From Candidatus Poribacteria bacterium (lineage in GTDB: Bacteria > Poribacteria > WGA-4E > UBA9662), in contig JAYGDX010000131.1 of NCBI GenBank assembly GCA_046582655.1, positions 1 to 27,415 on the forward strand: a DNA stretch of 27,415 nt. Reading direction: 5' to 3'. Shown here piece after piece: positions 1-10,049 of the stretch. The notes under the pieces are model-generated. The model was given only the letters and a program-made list of their open reading frames with translations. It did no database searches and was not told the origin of the DNA. Within the stretch, counting starts at the first letter, position 1. Each line of letters opens with the position of its first letter. The translations under genes were made by a program, and so were the position numbers.

Positions 1-190
1 AGAGATTCTGGCCAATAAGACCGGAATAGATTCCTAGCTTATATCATCGTAGATTCACATAATAAAGGCAAAGGCCTGAGCACGGCATAGCCAGAGCTCA
101 GTATGTCCAGGACTCTGGATTATTCCCCCCAATGAAGGAGACAATAGAGCCAGCTGCCGATATGCAGCATCTCTATGAACGAGGACATTG

Positions 191-1045
191 GGAGAGGATA
201 CATGGCATATCAGCAGCTGACTGATAGGGAAAGATACCAGATTGAGGCGTTGAAGGCAGAAGGGTACAGACAAACAGAGATTGCCCGATCGATCACCCAG
301 CACCATCTGTAGAGAGTTGGCAGGCAATAGCCATGCAAAGGGCTAGCGGGGAAGTTTGGCCATCAAGAGGAGCGACAGCAGAAGAGTGAGAAGCTGGATG
401 GTGCTCTGCGCAGCATGAGCAGATCTCTGGGAGATTGAAACGGGCTGACAAGAAGAGCGGTGGTAGAATCTATAAGTTTCTGAGAACAAAGGGAAAGAAA
501 TATCGGTCAAGGGGTGTCAGCATTGATGACAGGCCGAAGATTGTGGATGAGAAGAGCCGAATTGGGGATTGGGAGATCGACACCCTCATTGGAAAAAACC
601 ACAAACAGGCATGGGTTGCCATCGTTGAGAGAAAGAGCAAATTCAGCCTAATGAGGAAAGGAGAGAACAAGACGGCAGAACTGGTGGCTACCGCCACAAT
701 CGAACTGTTGCGCCCCGACAAGGATCGTGTGCTGACCCTCACCACGGACCAAGGATAAGGAGTTTGCCTGCTATGAGAAAGTGGCCAAGGCACTGAAGTG
801 CGACTACTATTTTGCTCCTCCATACTCCTGTTGGCAGCCTGGACTGAACGAGAACACCAATGGTTTGATCCGTCAGTTCTTGCCCAAGAAGAGCCGGTTT
901 GAGGAGGTTACGGAGAAATCAGTAAAGAGAGTCAAGGAGTTGCTTAACAGGAGGCCCAGAAAGAGCCTTGGATACGAAACGCCTACAGAGCTGTCTTTGG
1001 GGAAATCATTGGGAGCGAATTTTGCGTTTCAGAGTTGAATCCGCC
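191..1045 (+). mobile_element. IS30-family insertion sequence remnant
   Basis: Transposase pseudogene plus an IS30-like right end, TTTGCGTTTCAGAGTTGAATCCGCC (1021-1045), overlapping the stop codon. No matching left inverted repeat was found, so the left boundary is approximate. Confidence 0.8.
202..1038 (+). pseudogene. IS30-family transposase, disrupted
   Basis: GGAGAGG then ATG at 202 gives MAYQQLTDRERYQIEALKAEGYRQTEIARSI (IS30 HTH). A frameshift leads to PSTICRELAGN, followed by a stop near 346. EQISGRLKR joins ADKKSGG through an apparent internal deletion. The DDE region reads IGDWEIDTLIG...LTTDQG, then a frameshift at ~756 leads into KEFA...YFAPPYSCWQPGLNENTNGLIRQFLPK...LNRRPRKSLGYETP. 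Confidence 0.93.
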
Positions 1046-1079
1046 CATGATAAATAAAAAATATCCGATTAGAGAATAC

Positions 1080-1108
1080 TTGACTTTCCAAATAGATTAA
1101 CATAGTAT
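1080..1108 (+). promoter_or_regulatory. Putative sigma70 promoter
   Basis: TTGACT (1080-1085), 17-bp spacer, TAGTAT (1103-1108). Confidence 0.55.
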
Positions 1109-1438
1109 ATCTTGTTGGGTGTAGCGAGATTACTGACTCCATACTCTCCGTGTGGCTCAGTGGCCGCTAGATGTATAGTTTGTTGGATGACACATCAGTA
1201 TGAAAGAAATTGATCCATTGATATTCCATGCGACCCATAAATATATGCATGAAGCGCGCTTTGTCCATACACTTGAAAATGAGCTCGGATATGGCAGTAT
1301 ATATTACGTTACATAAACACACTGTATGGGAACACTACGACGCTAGCTTCCACATGTCGACTGACTAACCGTGGGAGAGAAAAGAGAGAATCATGGATTC
1401 ATGTAAAGAATAATTCTACAATGAAAGGATAGATTAAA

Positions 1439-2239
1439 ATGGCCAAAGCATTACCATTGATAGCTTATCCTGATCTTGAAAGCAGGGTCAATGCTTTAGA
1501 AAATGACGGATATGTCTATCTACCCAAAGTTGTTAATGGGGAAGAAATTGTTGAGTTAAAGGCGGCTATGGATCGATTGGACATAATACCCGAAAGTTTT
1601 GATAAGCATGGCACTTCTGGGAATGGTGGGTTTCTAAACAAGCATATCAATAATGCATTCAATAGAGAAATCACATTTCTACAATATCTTGACAAACCTG
1701 AAGTCATCGAAATAGAAGAAGCAATTCACGGAAGAGATTGCCATGTCATTGGAATGACTGCTTGGACGACAGGACCTGGACGACCAGATCAAACGCTGCA
1801 CACAGACTGGCTGCCTATCAGTCTACCCGAAGATATTGTTGCCGACCCAAGAGTTAAGATACCCGTTTTTATTACTACCTGTCATTACTATTTAAATGAC
1901 ATGTATGACGAACTCGGTCCCACAAATTTTGTTACCGGCAGCCATAATTCAGGCCGATCACCTAACGGAGATACAGGATGGAAGGGAGGAGAAGAGCGAA
2001 GTATCATTTGCAATGCCGGTGATGCCGTAATTTTCCGTAGTGAAGTCTGGCACCGAGGTACTGCCAACACTAGCGATGAAAATCGTTATCTTTTACAAGT
2101 TCACTATGCATATCGGATGATTACACAGAAATTCCCGCCTTACTTGAACAAATTCCAGTTTGATGAAGTAATACTTTCCCAAGCAACATCACGACAACGT
2201 CGTCTTCTTGGTGATCACAGCCCAAGTAATTATGATTGA
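1439..2239 (+). CDS. Phytanoyl-CoA dioxygenase (PhyH) family Fe(II)/2-oxoglutarate dioxygenase
   Basis: 266 aa. N-terminal DGYVYL, facial triad LHTDW...WHRG, GPTNFVTGSH and AGDAVIF motifs, distal Arg (ENRY). RBS AAAGGA. Confidence 0.9.
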   Translation: MAKALPLIAYPDLESRVNALENDGYVYLPKVVNGEEIVELKAAMDRLDIIPESFDKHGTSGNGGFLNKHINNAFNREITFLQYLDKPEVIEIEEAIHGRDCHVIGMTAWTTGPGRPDQTLHTDWLPISLPEDIVADPRVKIPVFITTCHYYLNDMYDELGPTNFVTGSHNSGRSPNGDTGWKGGEERSIICNAGDAVIFRSEVWHRGTANTSDENRYLLQVHYAYRMITQKFPPYLNKFQFDEVILSQATSRQRRLLGDHSPSNYD

Positions 2240-3237
2240 GAGGGCGCATTGAAGTTATTAACACAATTTTTAATTTCCTGCCCATCAATCGCGCCTTTGA
2301 TTTGCTTGGCAGCTTTATAACGTAGTTCTGTATATGCCTCAGCAGAATAGTAAGCTACGTGTGGGGTAATGATCAGTCTGTCCTTCAACCATTGTGCATC
2401 ATTCTCGTAATCAACAACTAACTGTTGTTCACTGCTATGTCCTTCAATGGGCAAGACATCCAATCCACACGCTTTCACCTTCCCCAATTTCATAATTTTG
2501 TATAGCTCATCCAAGTTTATAATATCACCTCTGGCAGTGTTAATCAAGATACAGCCATCTCTTACCTTACTGAGGAAATCGCTCCCGACCATGCCTCGCG
2601 TTTCTTTGGTTGAAGGTGCATGTATTGATATGATATCACTCTGTTCCAGAAAATCCTCTAAGGTGTCAGCCCTTGTTATACCTAACGCCTTGTCGTAACC
2701 ATCATCAAGGTAAGGATCATAAAACACAATGTTCATCCCAAAGGATTTACATCGGATTGCAACTGCCATTCCAATTCGCCCTAATCCAATGATCCCGATG
2801 GTTTTACCCGATAATCGGAAAGTTATATTATCATTTCTCGCCCAATTCCTATTTTTTATGGCTTGTTGATAACCTGGTATACCCCTAACTAAAGCAAGCA
2901 ACAAGCCTAATGTGTGGTCAGCAACCTCTTCAGTACCATAATCAGGAACGTTACATACGGCGATGTTTCTACACCTCGCCTCGCCTAAATCAATATTGTC
3001 ATAACCAACACCAAGTCTAACAATCACCTGACAATTCTCTAATTTGGACAAAAGTTCCGCATTATAATCAATCAAATGAAAAGCCAAGATACCATGAGAT
3101 TGTTTCCATATTTCTTCTGGGATATCACCAGCTTCCTGTGCTTCTCCAACTGTTATGTTGTATTTATCTCCAAGGACGTCATGTTCTATCTGTGCAGGTG
3201 GAACTACCACGTCCGGTATCAATATGTTTTTCTTCAT
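2230..3237 (-). CDS. D-isomer-specific 2-hydroxyacid dehydrogenase, CtBP-like
   Basis: 335 aa. RLGVGYDNID, NVPDYGTEEVADH, GIIGLGRIG, and the catalytic R/E/H in NTARG, DVLPIE and TPHVAYYS. Confidence 0.92.
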   Translation of the reverse strand: MKKNILIPDVVVPPAQIEHDVLGDKYNITVGEAQEAGDIPEEIWKQSHGILAFHLIDYNAELLSKLENCQVIVRLGVGYDNIDLGEARCRNIAVCNVPDYGTEEVADHTLGLLLALVRGIPGYQQAIKNRNWARNDNITFRLSGKTIGIIGLGRIGMAVAIRCKSFGMNIVFYDPYLDDGYDKALGITRADTLEDFLEQSDIISIHAPSTKETRGMVGSDFLSKVRDGCILINTARGDIINLDELYKIMKLGKVKACGLDVLPIEGHSSEQQLVVDYENDAQWLKDRLIITPHVAYYSAEAYTELRYKAAKQIKGAIDGQEIKNCVNNFNAPSQS

Positions 3238-3456
3238 TATTATTGTATTTTATCAATTTCCTCTATAATATGATTAAATTCACTCAAAAAGGCAAATATG
3301 CAACACCAATATAAATAATATATAATAGCACATAAAATTGAAATTTTAGCAGCAAAGTGTCTAAAAAAAAATCGATTATAATCATCTTGTATTTTGATTT
3401 ATTAATTTGTTTAAACTGAAGATCATTGATGATGCACATAGATTTTAAAGGAGTTT

Positions 3457-4671
3457 ATGATGATACAATTACGAATTGCTATTGTGGGGGTAGGAGCCTA
3501 CGAATCCTCAAGGGCGAGAGGATATTTGGCAACGATTCGAAAGTTAAAAGATCTCTATTCGATTTGTGCGATCTGCGATCATAGCCAGCGGTCACTACAA
3601 GAGGCCGGTGCACAATTTCATGTTGCTTGCCGTTATAGTAGCGTTGAGAAAATGTTGTCTATTGAAAAACCCGATGTGGTTTTCGTCCTTGTTCCAACCG
3701 ATGGTCAAACAGTCTTTGCCTTGACCGCAGCAAGACAGAAATGTCATCTAATTACTGAAATCCCCTATGCACTTACCTTGGCCTTTGGCGATGCGATTGC
3801 TGAAACGTGTCAGCAGAACGAAGTCAAATGGGAAATAGCCGAGAATGTCTGGCGTTGGCCTAACGAACAACTGAAACAAAAAATTGTACGAAAGGGATTA
3901 TTAGGCACAATTACGCATGCACGGCTTTGGTACAAGTCAGGTAGTTATCATGGGTTCAATGCTATGCGGATGATTCTCGATAGCGAACCCAAACAGGTGT
4001 TGGGATTTGCCAAACAATTGGACATGCAAGCTTATGATAGTTATGGAGGTCAACAGGAATCGAAAATCTGGTGGGAAAACGGAATTATCAAGTTTGAGGA
4101 CAATGTAACCTGTCTATATGAATCATCTTCCGCCTCAGGCAAGTGGGGAAATCATTGGGAGATTGAAGGTACTGAAGGGTATCTTTCAGGAAACGAACTG
4201 GTACGTTACTCTAATCAATCGTCATGTCCATTTGAAGAAATTTACGATCAAGTTGGAGGAGAACGCGTTCTAGCTGCCATCGGTGTTGGTCAAAACACGT
4301 CGGATTCCGATTTCGATCCAATTTTGTGGGAAAACCCATTTAAACAGTATGGTATCTCTGCCGCCGATGATGTGGCCAAAGCCAGCATATTGTATAGCCT
4401 GCATCGTGCTGTAACGACGGGAGTCGATCTGGAGTATGGCCAAGCGCACGCACGCCGGGATATGGAGTTGTGGATAGCACTACGCGAAAGCGCAGATCTT
4501 AATAACACATGGGTAGATACACCATTGACCAAGCCAACAGACTTAGAGAAACGTCTCCGTAGTGAATACACCAACCATTATGGCGGAGATCCAGTCACAG
4601 ATACCGCGGATTTGCTGCAGACATCTTTCAGTAGATTAAGTGTTATGTGGTCAGTTGCCGGTTGGTTATAG
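3457..4671 (+). CDS. Gfo/Idh/MocA family oxidoreductase (divergent)
   Basis: 404 aa. LRIAIVGVG Rossmann start, AICD, EKPDVV, TEIP in place of EKP, AENV. RBS AAGGAG; the true start may be 3460. Confidence 0.85.
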   Translation: MMIQLRIAIVGVGAYESSRARGYLATIRKLKDLYSICAICDHSQRSLQEAGAQFHVACRYSSVEKMLSIEKPDVVFVLVPTDGQTVFALTAARQKCHLITEIPYALTLAFGDAIAETCQQNEVKWEIAENVWRWPNEQLKQKIVRKGLLGTITHARLWYKSGSYHGFNAMRMILDSEPKQVLGFAKQLDMQAYDSYGGQQESKIWWENGIIKFEDNVTCLYESSSASGKWGNHWEIEGTEGYLSGNELVRYSNQSSCPFEEIYDQVGGERVLAAIGVGQNTSDSDFDPILWENPFKQYGISAADDVAKASILYSLHRAVTTGVDLEYGQAHARRDMELWIALRESADLNNTWVDTPLTKPTDLEKRLRSEYTNHYGGDPVTDTADLLQTSFSRLSVMWSVAGWL

Positions 4672-5751
4672 ACAATAGCATTTAATAATATCGATGATTA
4701 AAGCAATATCGTCGCGAGCGGACTCTATCGAAGTGCGACATAGGGTTCCATTAATAACACAATCATGAAAGTGACGTAATTCCTGCATAAAGGCGCTCTG
4801 CCAGTCAATAACGGGTTCGCTCGCATAGCTTGTTCCAGCTGAATCAATTCCCTGGATGGTAACCCTAGACGGAATGCCACGAGAAAATCCAGTTGGGTAG
4901 GAAAGGATGACGCGTTTATCATCGCCATAGATTTCCAACGTTTCCTTGAAATCCCAGAGGTCAGGTAGATCTACCCAACTGGCAACCAGACGGTACCCCG
5001 CCGGATACTCCAGCGTATAAGTAATTGCTCTCCCTCGCCGCCAGATTTCAGTACTAACCACCCGTTTCGGCATACCCAGCATGACGCGCATGCCATAGAT
5101 ATCGTGGATCATGCTACCTGAGAGCAAACTGAAAGCACCTTGGACATGTGGTTCGACATCGCCGATGGCTTGTTTGGAACCGCCAGCGTAGGTTGCTATG
5201 TCTGCCGCTTCTTTTTGCTGAGTGAGAGAATCTTGGATCATGTCATCAAAACGGCGAACATCGAACTGACACATATGCAAACTATTGTTAGGATGTAAGT
5301 GGTTCACCTGAACAAACTGGATATTGTCCATGGTTTCCACCTCTTGTTTGGCTTGGATGAAAGCAGGATCATGTACCTTCATATAGCCAACTTGTCCTAC
5401 TGTCCCAGATTTTTTTCGAGCAGTTATAATTCTATCTGTCTCCTCCAAGGAAGAACACAAGGGTTTCTCAACAAAGACATGCTTCCCAGCTTCAAAAGCC
5501 GCGACTACAGCGGAGGGTTTATAACCACCCGCGCAATGCAGTATAGCATCTACGTCGCTATCCAATATTTCATAATAGTTAGTAGTGAATTGGGGTACGT
5601 TAAACTTGGTAGCTACGTATTCAGCCGCCCCAGGCGATAGGTCACAGACCATTTTCACTTCAAATAGATCATGTAAATCAACCAGATTCGGCATATGTTG
5701 AACTTGGGCGATAGCACCACACCCGATGACACCAATTTTTAGAGTTTTCAC
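4666..5751 (-). CDS. Gfo/Idh/MocA family oxidoreductase
   Basis: 361 aa. IGVIGCGAIAQVQH, GKHVFVEKP, VGYMK, SMIHD. GTG start after GGAGG. Confidence 0.92.
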   Translation of the reverse strand: MKTLKIGVIGCGAIAQVQHMPNLVDLHDLFEVKMVCDLSPGAAEYVATKFNVPQFTTNYYEILDSDVDAILHCAGGYKPSAVVAAFEAGKHVFVEKPLCSSLEETDRIITARKKSGTVGQVGYMKVHDPAFIQAKQEVETMDNIQFVQVNHLHPNNSLHMCQFDVRRFDDMIQDSLTQQKEAADIATYAGGSKQAIGDVEPHVQGAFSLLSGSMIHDIYGMRVMLGMPKRVVSTEIWRRGRAITYTLEYPAGYRLVASWVDLPDLWDFKETLEIYGDDKRVILSYPTGFSRGIPSRVTIQGIDSAGTSYASEPVIDWQSAFMQELRHFHDCVINGTLCRTSIESARDDIALIIDIIKCYCL

Positions 5752-5763
5752 GGTTCAAACCTC

Positions 5764-6411
5764 CTAAAAGTCGGTATCAGCCGTACGATAAGTAAGAGAA
5801 TTCCAACTGTCGGCTAGTTCATACATCTGTTGGAACATAGGGTAGATTGCCTTCCAAATTGTGTCGCGGGCTTCTAAGGCGGCTTTCTTGTCTTTACCAG
5901 CTAATATGGGCAATTGCTTACATTGAACCTGATATGCTGATTCGATGACTTCCATCAGCGCATCAGCGGCCTGTCGCTGACTTGCCACTAATTCATCGAT
6001 GGAAGTAGTTTGATCTTTCTCTACATCGTAAGCGGATGACAAATTGAAATGGGGAGGTGCTTTGGTTCCTTCTTCAATCCAGCCAGTGTGAGTGGGCTGA
6101 ATATGTGGTGTAACAGAAAGATAAATGATCACAGGTTCGTCACCAATATTCCGTACTGTGTGGGTTTGATCTACTAACGCGATACACATCTGTCCCGGTT
6201 CTAGAACCTGTATTTCTCCTTCGATCTCAAACTCTGCTTTTCCCTGCAGAACCAGAAAGATCTCATGTCCCAGGTCGTGGGAATGTCCTTGTCCTCGTTG
6301 GTTACCTCCACTGATGTTGCCCACCTCGAGACGTATAAACCTAGCGCGGATCTGTGGGGTTACTAGCAAGTTTCGGATATCTTTACGATAATCGTATACT
6401 TCAAAGCTCAT
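5764..6411 (-). CDS. Cupin-domain protein with C-terminal helical extension
   Basis: 215 aa. Metal motif HSHDLGHEIFLVLQG...HTVRN. RBS AGGAG; 12 bp from the downstream oxidoreductase. Confidence 0.88.
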   Translation of the reverse strand: MSFEVYDYRKDIRNLLVTPQIRARFIRLEVGNISGGNQRGQGHSHDLGHEIFLVLQGKAEFEIEGEIQVLEPGQMCIALVDQTHTVRNIGDEPVIIYLSVTPHIQPTHTGWIEEGTKAPPHFNLSSAYDVEKDQTTSIDELVASQRQAADALMEVIESAYQVQCKQLPILAGKDKKAALEARDTIWKAIYPMFQQMYELADSWNSLTYRTADTDF

Positions 6412-6483
6412 GTTTAACTCCTGAATAGATATATTGACAGATTAGAAATATTAGAAGTGAGATCTGTCCATCTGAATGACCTC

Positions 6484-8898
6484 TTACTCCACTGCTGAAA
6501 CTTCCTCAATTTGTTGATAGGTTTCTTTTGCCATGTCATATGCTCGTCGGGCTGCATCACGCTCATTTTCACGAATCTTATCGACTTTTTGCTTCCAGCA
6601 GACCTCTACCGCTTCCACGCACCACGCTGCGCTTCTGCGACTGGCACGAACGGCTTGTTCATCGACAATAACAAAGACCGGGTTGGTGTGCGATGATGGT
6701 AAGATGCGCAGGCAGATCCAACTGGATCGTTCAACTGAAAGATTAAATTGTACTGGGACAATAGTACCATCCGCTACAATCTCCTGACGGTCAATCGGCT
6801 GTCCGTTGACGACCAGTTCAACGGGAACCTTTCGGCTGTCACCGATGCGTGCTCGCTCAATGTGCCAGTAGGGCTTTTGACTCAATGGACGATCTCGCAG
6901 TAACGGGTTGGGTATTTCATCCAGTAAGGCAGCCACGCGTGCGTTGACAGTGACTTTTCCTGGTTCATCCAGATTCAACTGACTGATAACCCCGCTTGGA
7001 CCCTTTTCCCCCACATGAGTTCCTTCAACCACAAAGTCAAGCAGGTGACTTCTGCCATCGCCAACGTAAGAACGTCCATCGCGAAGTCCATCCACCCAGA
7101 CATCGTAATCCAACGCCCCAACAGGCATTTTGACGTACACGCGTCCTAAACCAACCCGTTCACCATAGATGCAAGGGAAGTCTGTTTCACCACTAATGCG
7201 AGTGCGAAACCCACAATTCAGGGTATGATACCAAATGCTAAGTTCCCATACCGACGGAGTATCGACAGTAGAGATAAAGTCGACAACGCCATGCACCACA
7301 TCCACAATGTATTCATTGGCACCAATGCCATTAAATGGTGGCATGTTATAGTTGGGAAGTTCATTCCCAGAAACCTGCAACCCCCAACCGCTGTGGCTGA
7401 AACCAGTAACAGCTCCCTGCTTCTTTGCCCATTGAAGGACAGGCAGGTCCCAGCTAGGCCATTCTTCAATTCGGTCGACGACTTGCCCTTCAGCATCAGC
7501 AACGTAATCGTCCTCAGCTAGTCGCAGTAATGACAGATGTCCAGCGTGAGAGGAAGGAAATCCGGAAACCTCCACATCATATCGCATCACGTAGTCGTCA
7601 GTGGATAAATCATTTACTTTGCCCTCAAAGAACTGTTTTTGATAGTACCAGCACGGCCCCCATGAGAGGACGCAACCAACGTTGATATCTTCCCCTAGAA
7701 TATGTCGCATCATGTCTTGAGGCAATACTCCCTGCGTTGGACTTTCGTAATGTGAACAACCTGCTGCGTGTATATGATGATCTCCGGATCGCCACCCTTC
7801 AGCGGCAACGTGGATCCATCGATCAAGTTTGAAAGACTCACTGTATAGTTTAGCCTCAGGTATAGTAACAGTCTTGGACATTATACGATACTCAGGACCA
7901 CGACTATATTCAACTGTATATGACCCGGGTGGCAAGAAAACCGATTCGTCATGGTAGCGATAGATCTGGTCATGAAAGAAAAAGTCCGGGGCCAAACGTC
8001 GTCCCGGTGAAGGATAAATTCTGCCGAATCCATCCCGAATGGTCAAAGCAGCGGTTGTTGGGGTGCCGTCAAAGTCAAGTATCTTCAGTTTCACTTCCAC
8101 TGCTGGAGCACAGTGGAATAAAATTGGCACCTGATTGCGAAAACCAATATCCTGTGTGCCTTGCCCAACGTTGAAAGCAAGGATCGCTTCCCGTTTCCCA
8201 GCATCTCGGCTGTAGAGTTGCAAGATTCGGTATTCTAGTTCTAAACCTGAAAGATTTTCCTTTAACGGCGGTTTGTTGTAAACCGCGATCTCAAGGAATC
8301 GGTGGATAATTTCACTCTCCGGCACCGTGCTTTCCGGTTCTGGGCTGTTACGCGAGCGTTGGTAGATGGGTGCTGCGTTTGGACTCTCGGCAGTCAAGGG
8401 AGCCGTCACACCAGCCTGATTATGCACTTTCACCAGAAAGGTTCGCCATCCTTGTTGTATCAACTCTTTTGCAGTGGATCCTTCTTTGACCTTGACTCGA
8501 CTCTGCGGGTTGATGTCTACACCAACCAGGCAGTATTGATCAAGTACCTTCTGTATAGTACTCACCGCTCCGGTCGGTCTAGCCTGTCTGGGTCGGTCTG
8601 GCCTGTCCGGGTATTGATCAGGCACCTTCTGTATATTACTCACCACTTGCTGAGGGGCATTTGCCGATAATGCATCGTTGATCTTGGCCTGATCTTCTTT
8701 CAGGAGCGGCGCACCAAGGTAGTCAAGAGCCTCAATCAATCTTCGTGTAGCGGATGCTAACGGTTGGAATTCCACCTTTCTGACAAGGTCTAAGCTGTCG
8801 GCATATACCATTTGGAAGCAAACGAAAACCAGCCACCATCCAACCAGCAGCCCTGTGAAGAGAACGCCATTGGCAATCTGCTTGGACCATTTCATCAT
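6484..8898 (-). CDS. Secreted CehA/McbA-like PHP-fold metallohydrolase
   Basis: 804 aa. Signal-peptide-like N-terminus ending VYA-DS, then SRGPEY, SGDHHIHAAGC, HAGHL, GFSHSGWG, WYHTLNCG, SGETDFPC, GRSYV and HTNPV. Confidence 0.8.
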   Translation of the reverse strand: MMKWSKQIANGVLFTGLLVGWWLVFVCFQMVYADSLDLVRKVEFQPLASATRRLIEALDYLGAPLLKEDQAKINDALSANAPQQVVSNIQKVPDQYPDRPDRPRQARPTGAVSTIQKVLDQYCLVGVDINPQSRVKVKEGSTAKELIQQGWRTFLVKVHNQAGVTAPLTAESPNAAPIYQRSRNSPEPESTVPESEIIHRFLEIAVYNKPPLKENLSGLELEYRILQLYSRDAGKREAILAFNVGQGTQDIGFRNQVPILFHCAPAVEVKLKILDFDGTPTTAALTIRDGFGRIYPSPGRRLAPDFFFHDQIYRYHDESVFLPPGSYTVEYSRGPEYRIMSKTVTIPEAKLYSESFKLDRWIHVAAEGWRSGDHHIHAAGCSHYESPTQGVLPQDMMRHILGEDINVGCVLSWGPCWYYQKQFFEGKVNDLSTDDYVMRYDVEVSGFPSSHAGHLSLLRLAEDDYVADAEGQVVDRIEEWPSWDLPVLQWAKKQGAVTGFSHSGWGLQVSGNELPNYNMPPFNGIGANEYIVDVVHGVVDFISTVDTPSVWELSIWYHTLNCGFRTRISGETDFPCIYGERVGLGRVYVKMPVGALDYDVWVDGLRDGRSYVGDGRSHLLDFVVEGTHVGEKGPSGVISQLNLDEPGKVTVNARVAALLDEIPNPLLRDRPLSQKPYWHIERARIGDSRKVPVELVVNGQPIDRQEIVADGTIVPVQFNLSVERSSWICLRILPSSHTNPVFVIVDEQAVRASRRSAAWCVEAVEVCWKQKVDKIRENERDAARRAYDMAKETYQQIEEVSAVE
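8533..8644. repeat. 34-bp direct repeat pair enclosing a 2-copy tandem repeat of 19-bp period
   Basis: 8533-8566 and 8611-8644 match at 31/34. Between them lie GGTCGGTCTAGCCTGTCT (8572) and GGTCGGTCTGGCCTGTCC (8591). Confidence 0.9.
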
Positions 8899-9007
8899 AA
8901 TCTCCTTTTCAAATTTGCGTTGTGAGTTGGATTAAAAGACTGTATCATTATTTTTATCTTTGAACACAATATGTAAGGCAAGGGTAAAGCCAGCGCATAA
9001 ATCATCT

Positions 9008-9742
9008 TTATGGCGAGTTACGGCGCATAATACTCAGAATCTGTCCCGTCATGCCGCTAGATGGCGGTTGTGCGGCCAGAAAGACAGCTGACGGAACCAC
9101 CTGCTCCGGATCTTTCCATGGATCACTGCTAGCTCGAACCTCACCAGCCCCTTCCCACATTGGACGCGACAACTCAGTCTTGACTGGACCAGGGATCAGC
9201 ACATTGACGATAATACCGTCCTCCCAAACTTCCTCAGCAATGGCTTGTGACAAACCATGCAGTGCGAATTTGGAGGCGCAATACACGCTGAGGTTGCCAC
9301 GTCCAACCTGACCCATTCCGGATCCTATGTTAATGATATTGCCACGACCTTGAGCTTTCATGACGGGCAAAACAGTACGGCAGCAATGTACCACACCGAC
9401 AACGTTTATCTGCCAAGATTGTTCCCATTCTTCCTCTGTCGAGTCCAAAAACAGGCCTCGAGGGTTGATCCCTGCGTTGTTGACCAAGACGTCGATTTTC
9501 CCAAACTGATCTACAGTCTGCTGAACCAGATTCTCGACCTGTGGCAAAAACCGAGCATCGGTCGGGACTGAAATGGCTTGTCCTCCCTGACTTTGAATTT
9601 TTTCAACAACCTGATCCAGTTGACCTATGCTTCGGGCAGCGACTACCACTTTAGCACCTTCTTGGGCGTACCCGACAGCAATTGCTTCTCCAATACCTCG
9701 GCCACCGCCTGTGACAATTATCACTTTATCTTTCAGTTGCAT
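9008..9742 (-). CDS. Classical short-chain dehydrogenase/reductase (FabG-like)
   Basis: TGGGRGIG, NNAG, IGS, YCASK, PGPVKT. ATG at 9742 preferred over TTG at 9745. Confidence 0.93.
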   Translation of the reverse strand: MQLKDKVIIVTGGGRGIGEAIAVGYAQEGAKVVVAARSIGQLDQVVEKIQSQGGQAISVPTDARFLPQVENLVQQTVDQFGKIDVLVNNAGINPRGLFLDSTEEEWEQSWQINVVGVVHCCRTVLPVMKAQGRGNIINIGSGMGQVGRGNLSVYCASKFALHGLSQAIAEEVWEDGIIVNVLIPGPVKTELSRPMWEGAGEVRASSDPWKDPEQVVPSAVFLAAQPPSSGMTGQILSIMRRNSP

Positions 9743-9917
9743 CAAATCTTCCTTTTTTCAGTTCCTTACCTGCAGTATGAAGGCTATTCTATACCCCCTC
9801 AAGTGGGTCAGGATTGTAAATAGGAGGCAGAACCATTTTATGTGTACCGCATTATGGTGTCAACTTAATAAGCCTAATTGGTAGCTTTCATCTTGATTGA
9901 GGCAATTCAGGTTGTTG

Positions 9918-9946
9918 TTTACACTTTCCTGTATTCTTAGTAGAAT
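9918..9946 (+). promoter_or_regulatory. Putative sigma70 promoter for the TPR-glycosyltransferase gene
   Basis: TTTACA, 17-bp spacer, TAGAAT, about 100 bp upstream of the ATG at 10050. Confidence 0.55.
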
Positions 9947-10049
9947 ACTTCATCATTCCTTTGCTTAATAGCTTAATCAACCAATTATTAGCGTTTGCCT
10001 TTGATCCCTATGGTACTGCGAATTCTCAAACGTAATTTCCAAGAGAATA

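Noticed and set aside
740..790. Programmed frameshift in the IS30 transposase
   Set aside because: IS30 transposases are single ORFs, there is no slippery site, and several other lesions are present.
55..823. Minus-strand ORFs 55-327 and 470-823
   Set aside because: Antisense shadows of the IS30 transposase region with no recognisable motifs.
1117..1215. tRNA-like starts GGGTGTAGCG and GTGGCTCAGTGG
   Set aside because: No T-arm (GTTCRA), anticodon arm or acceptor-stem complement follows.
8533..8644. Two 34-bp repeats with a 44-bp spacer as a mini-CRISPR
   Set aside because: Only two copies, inside a coding frame, with a repetitive spacer and no cas genes.
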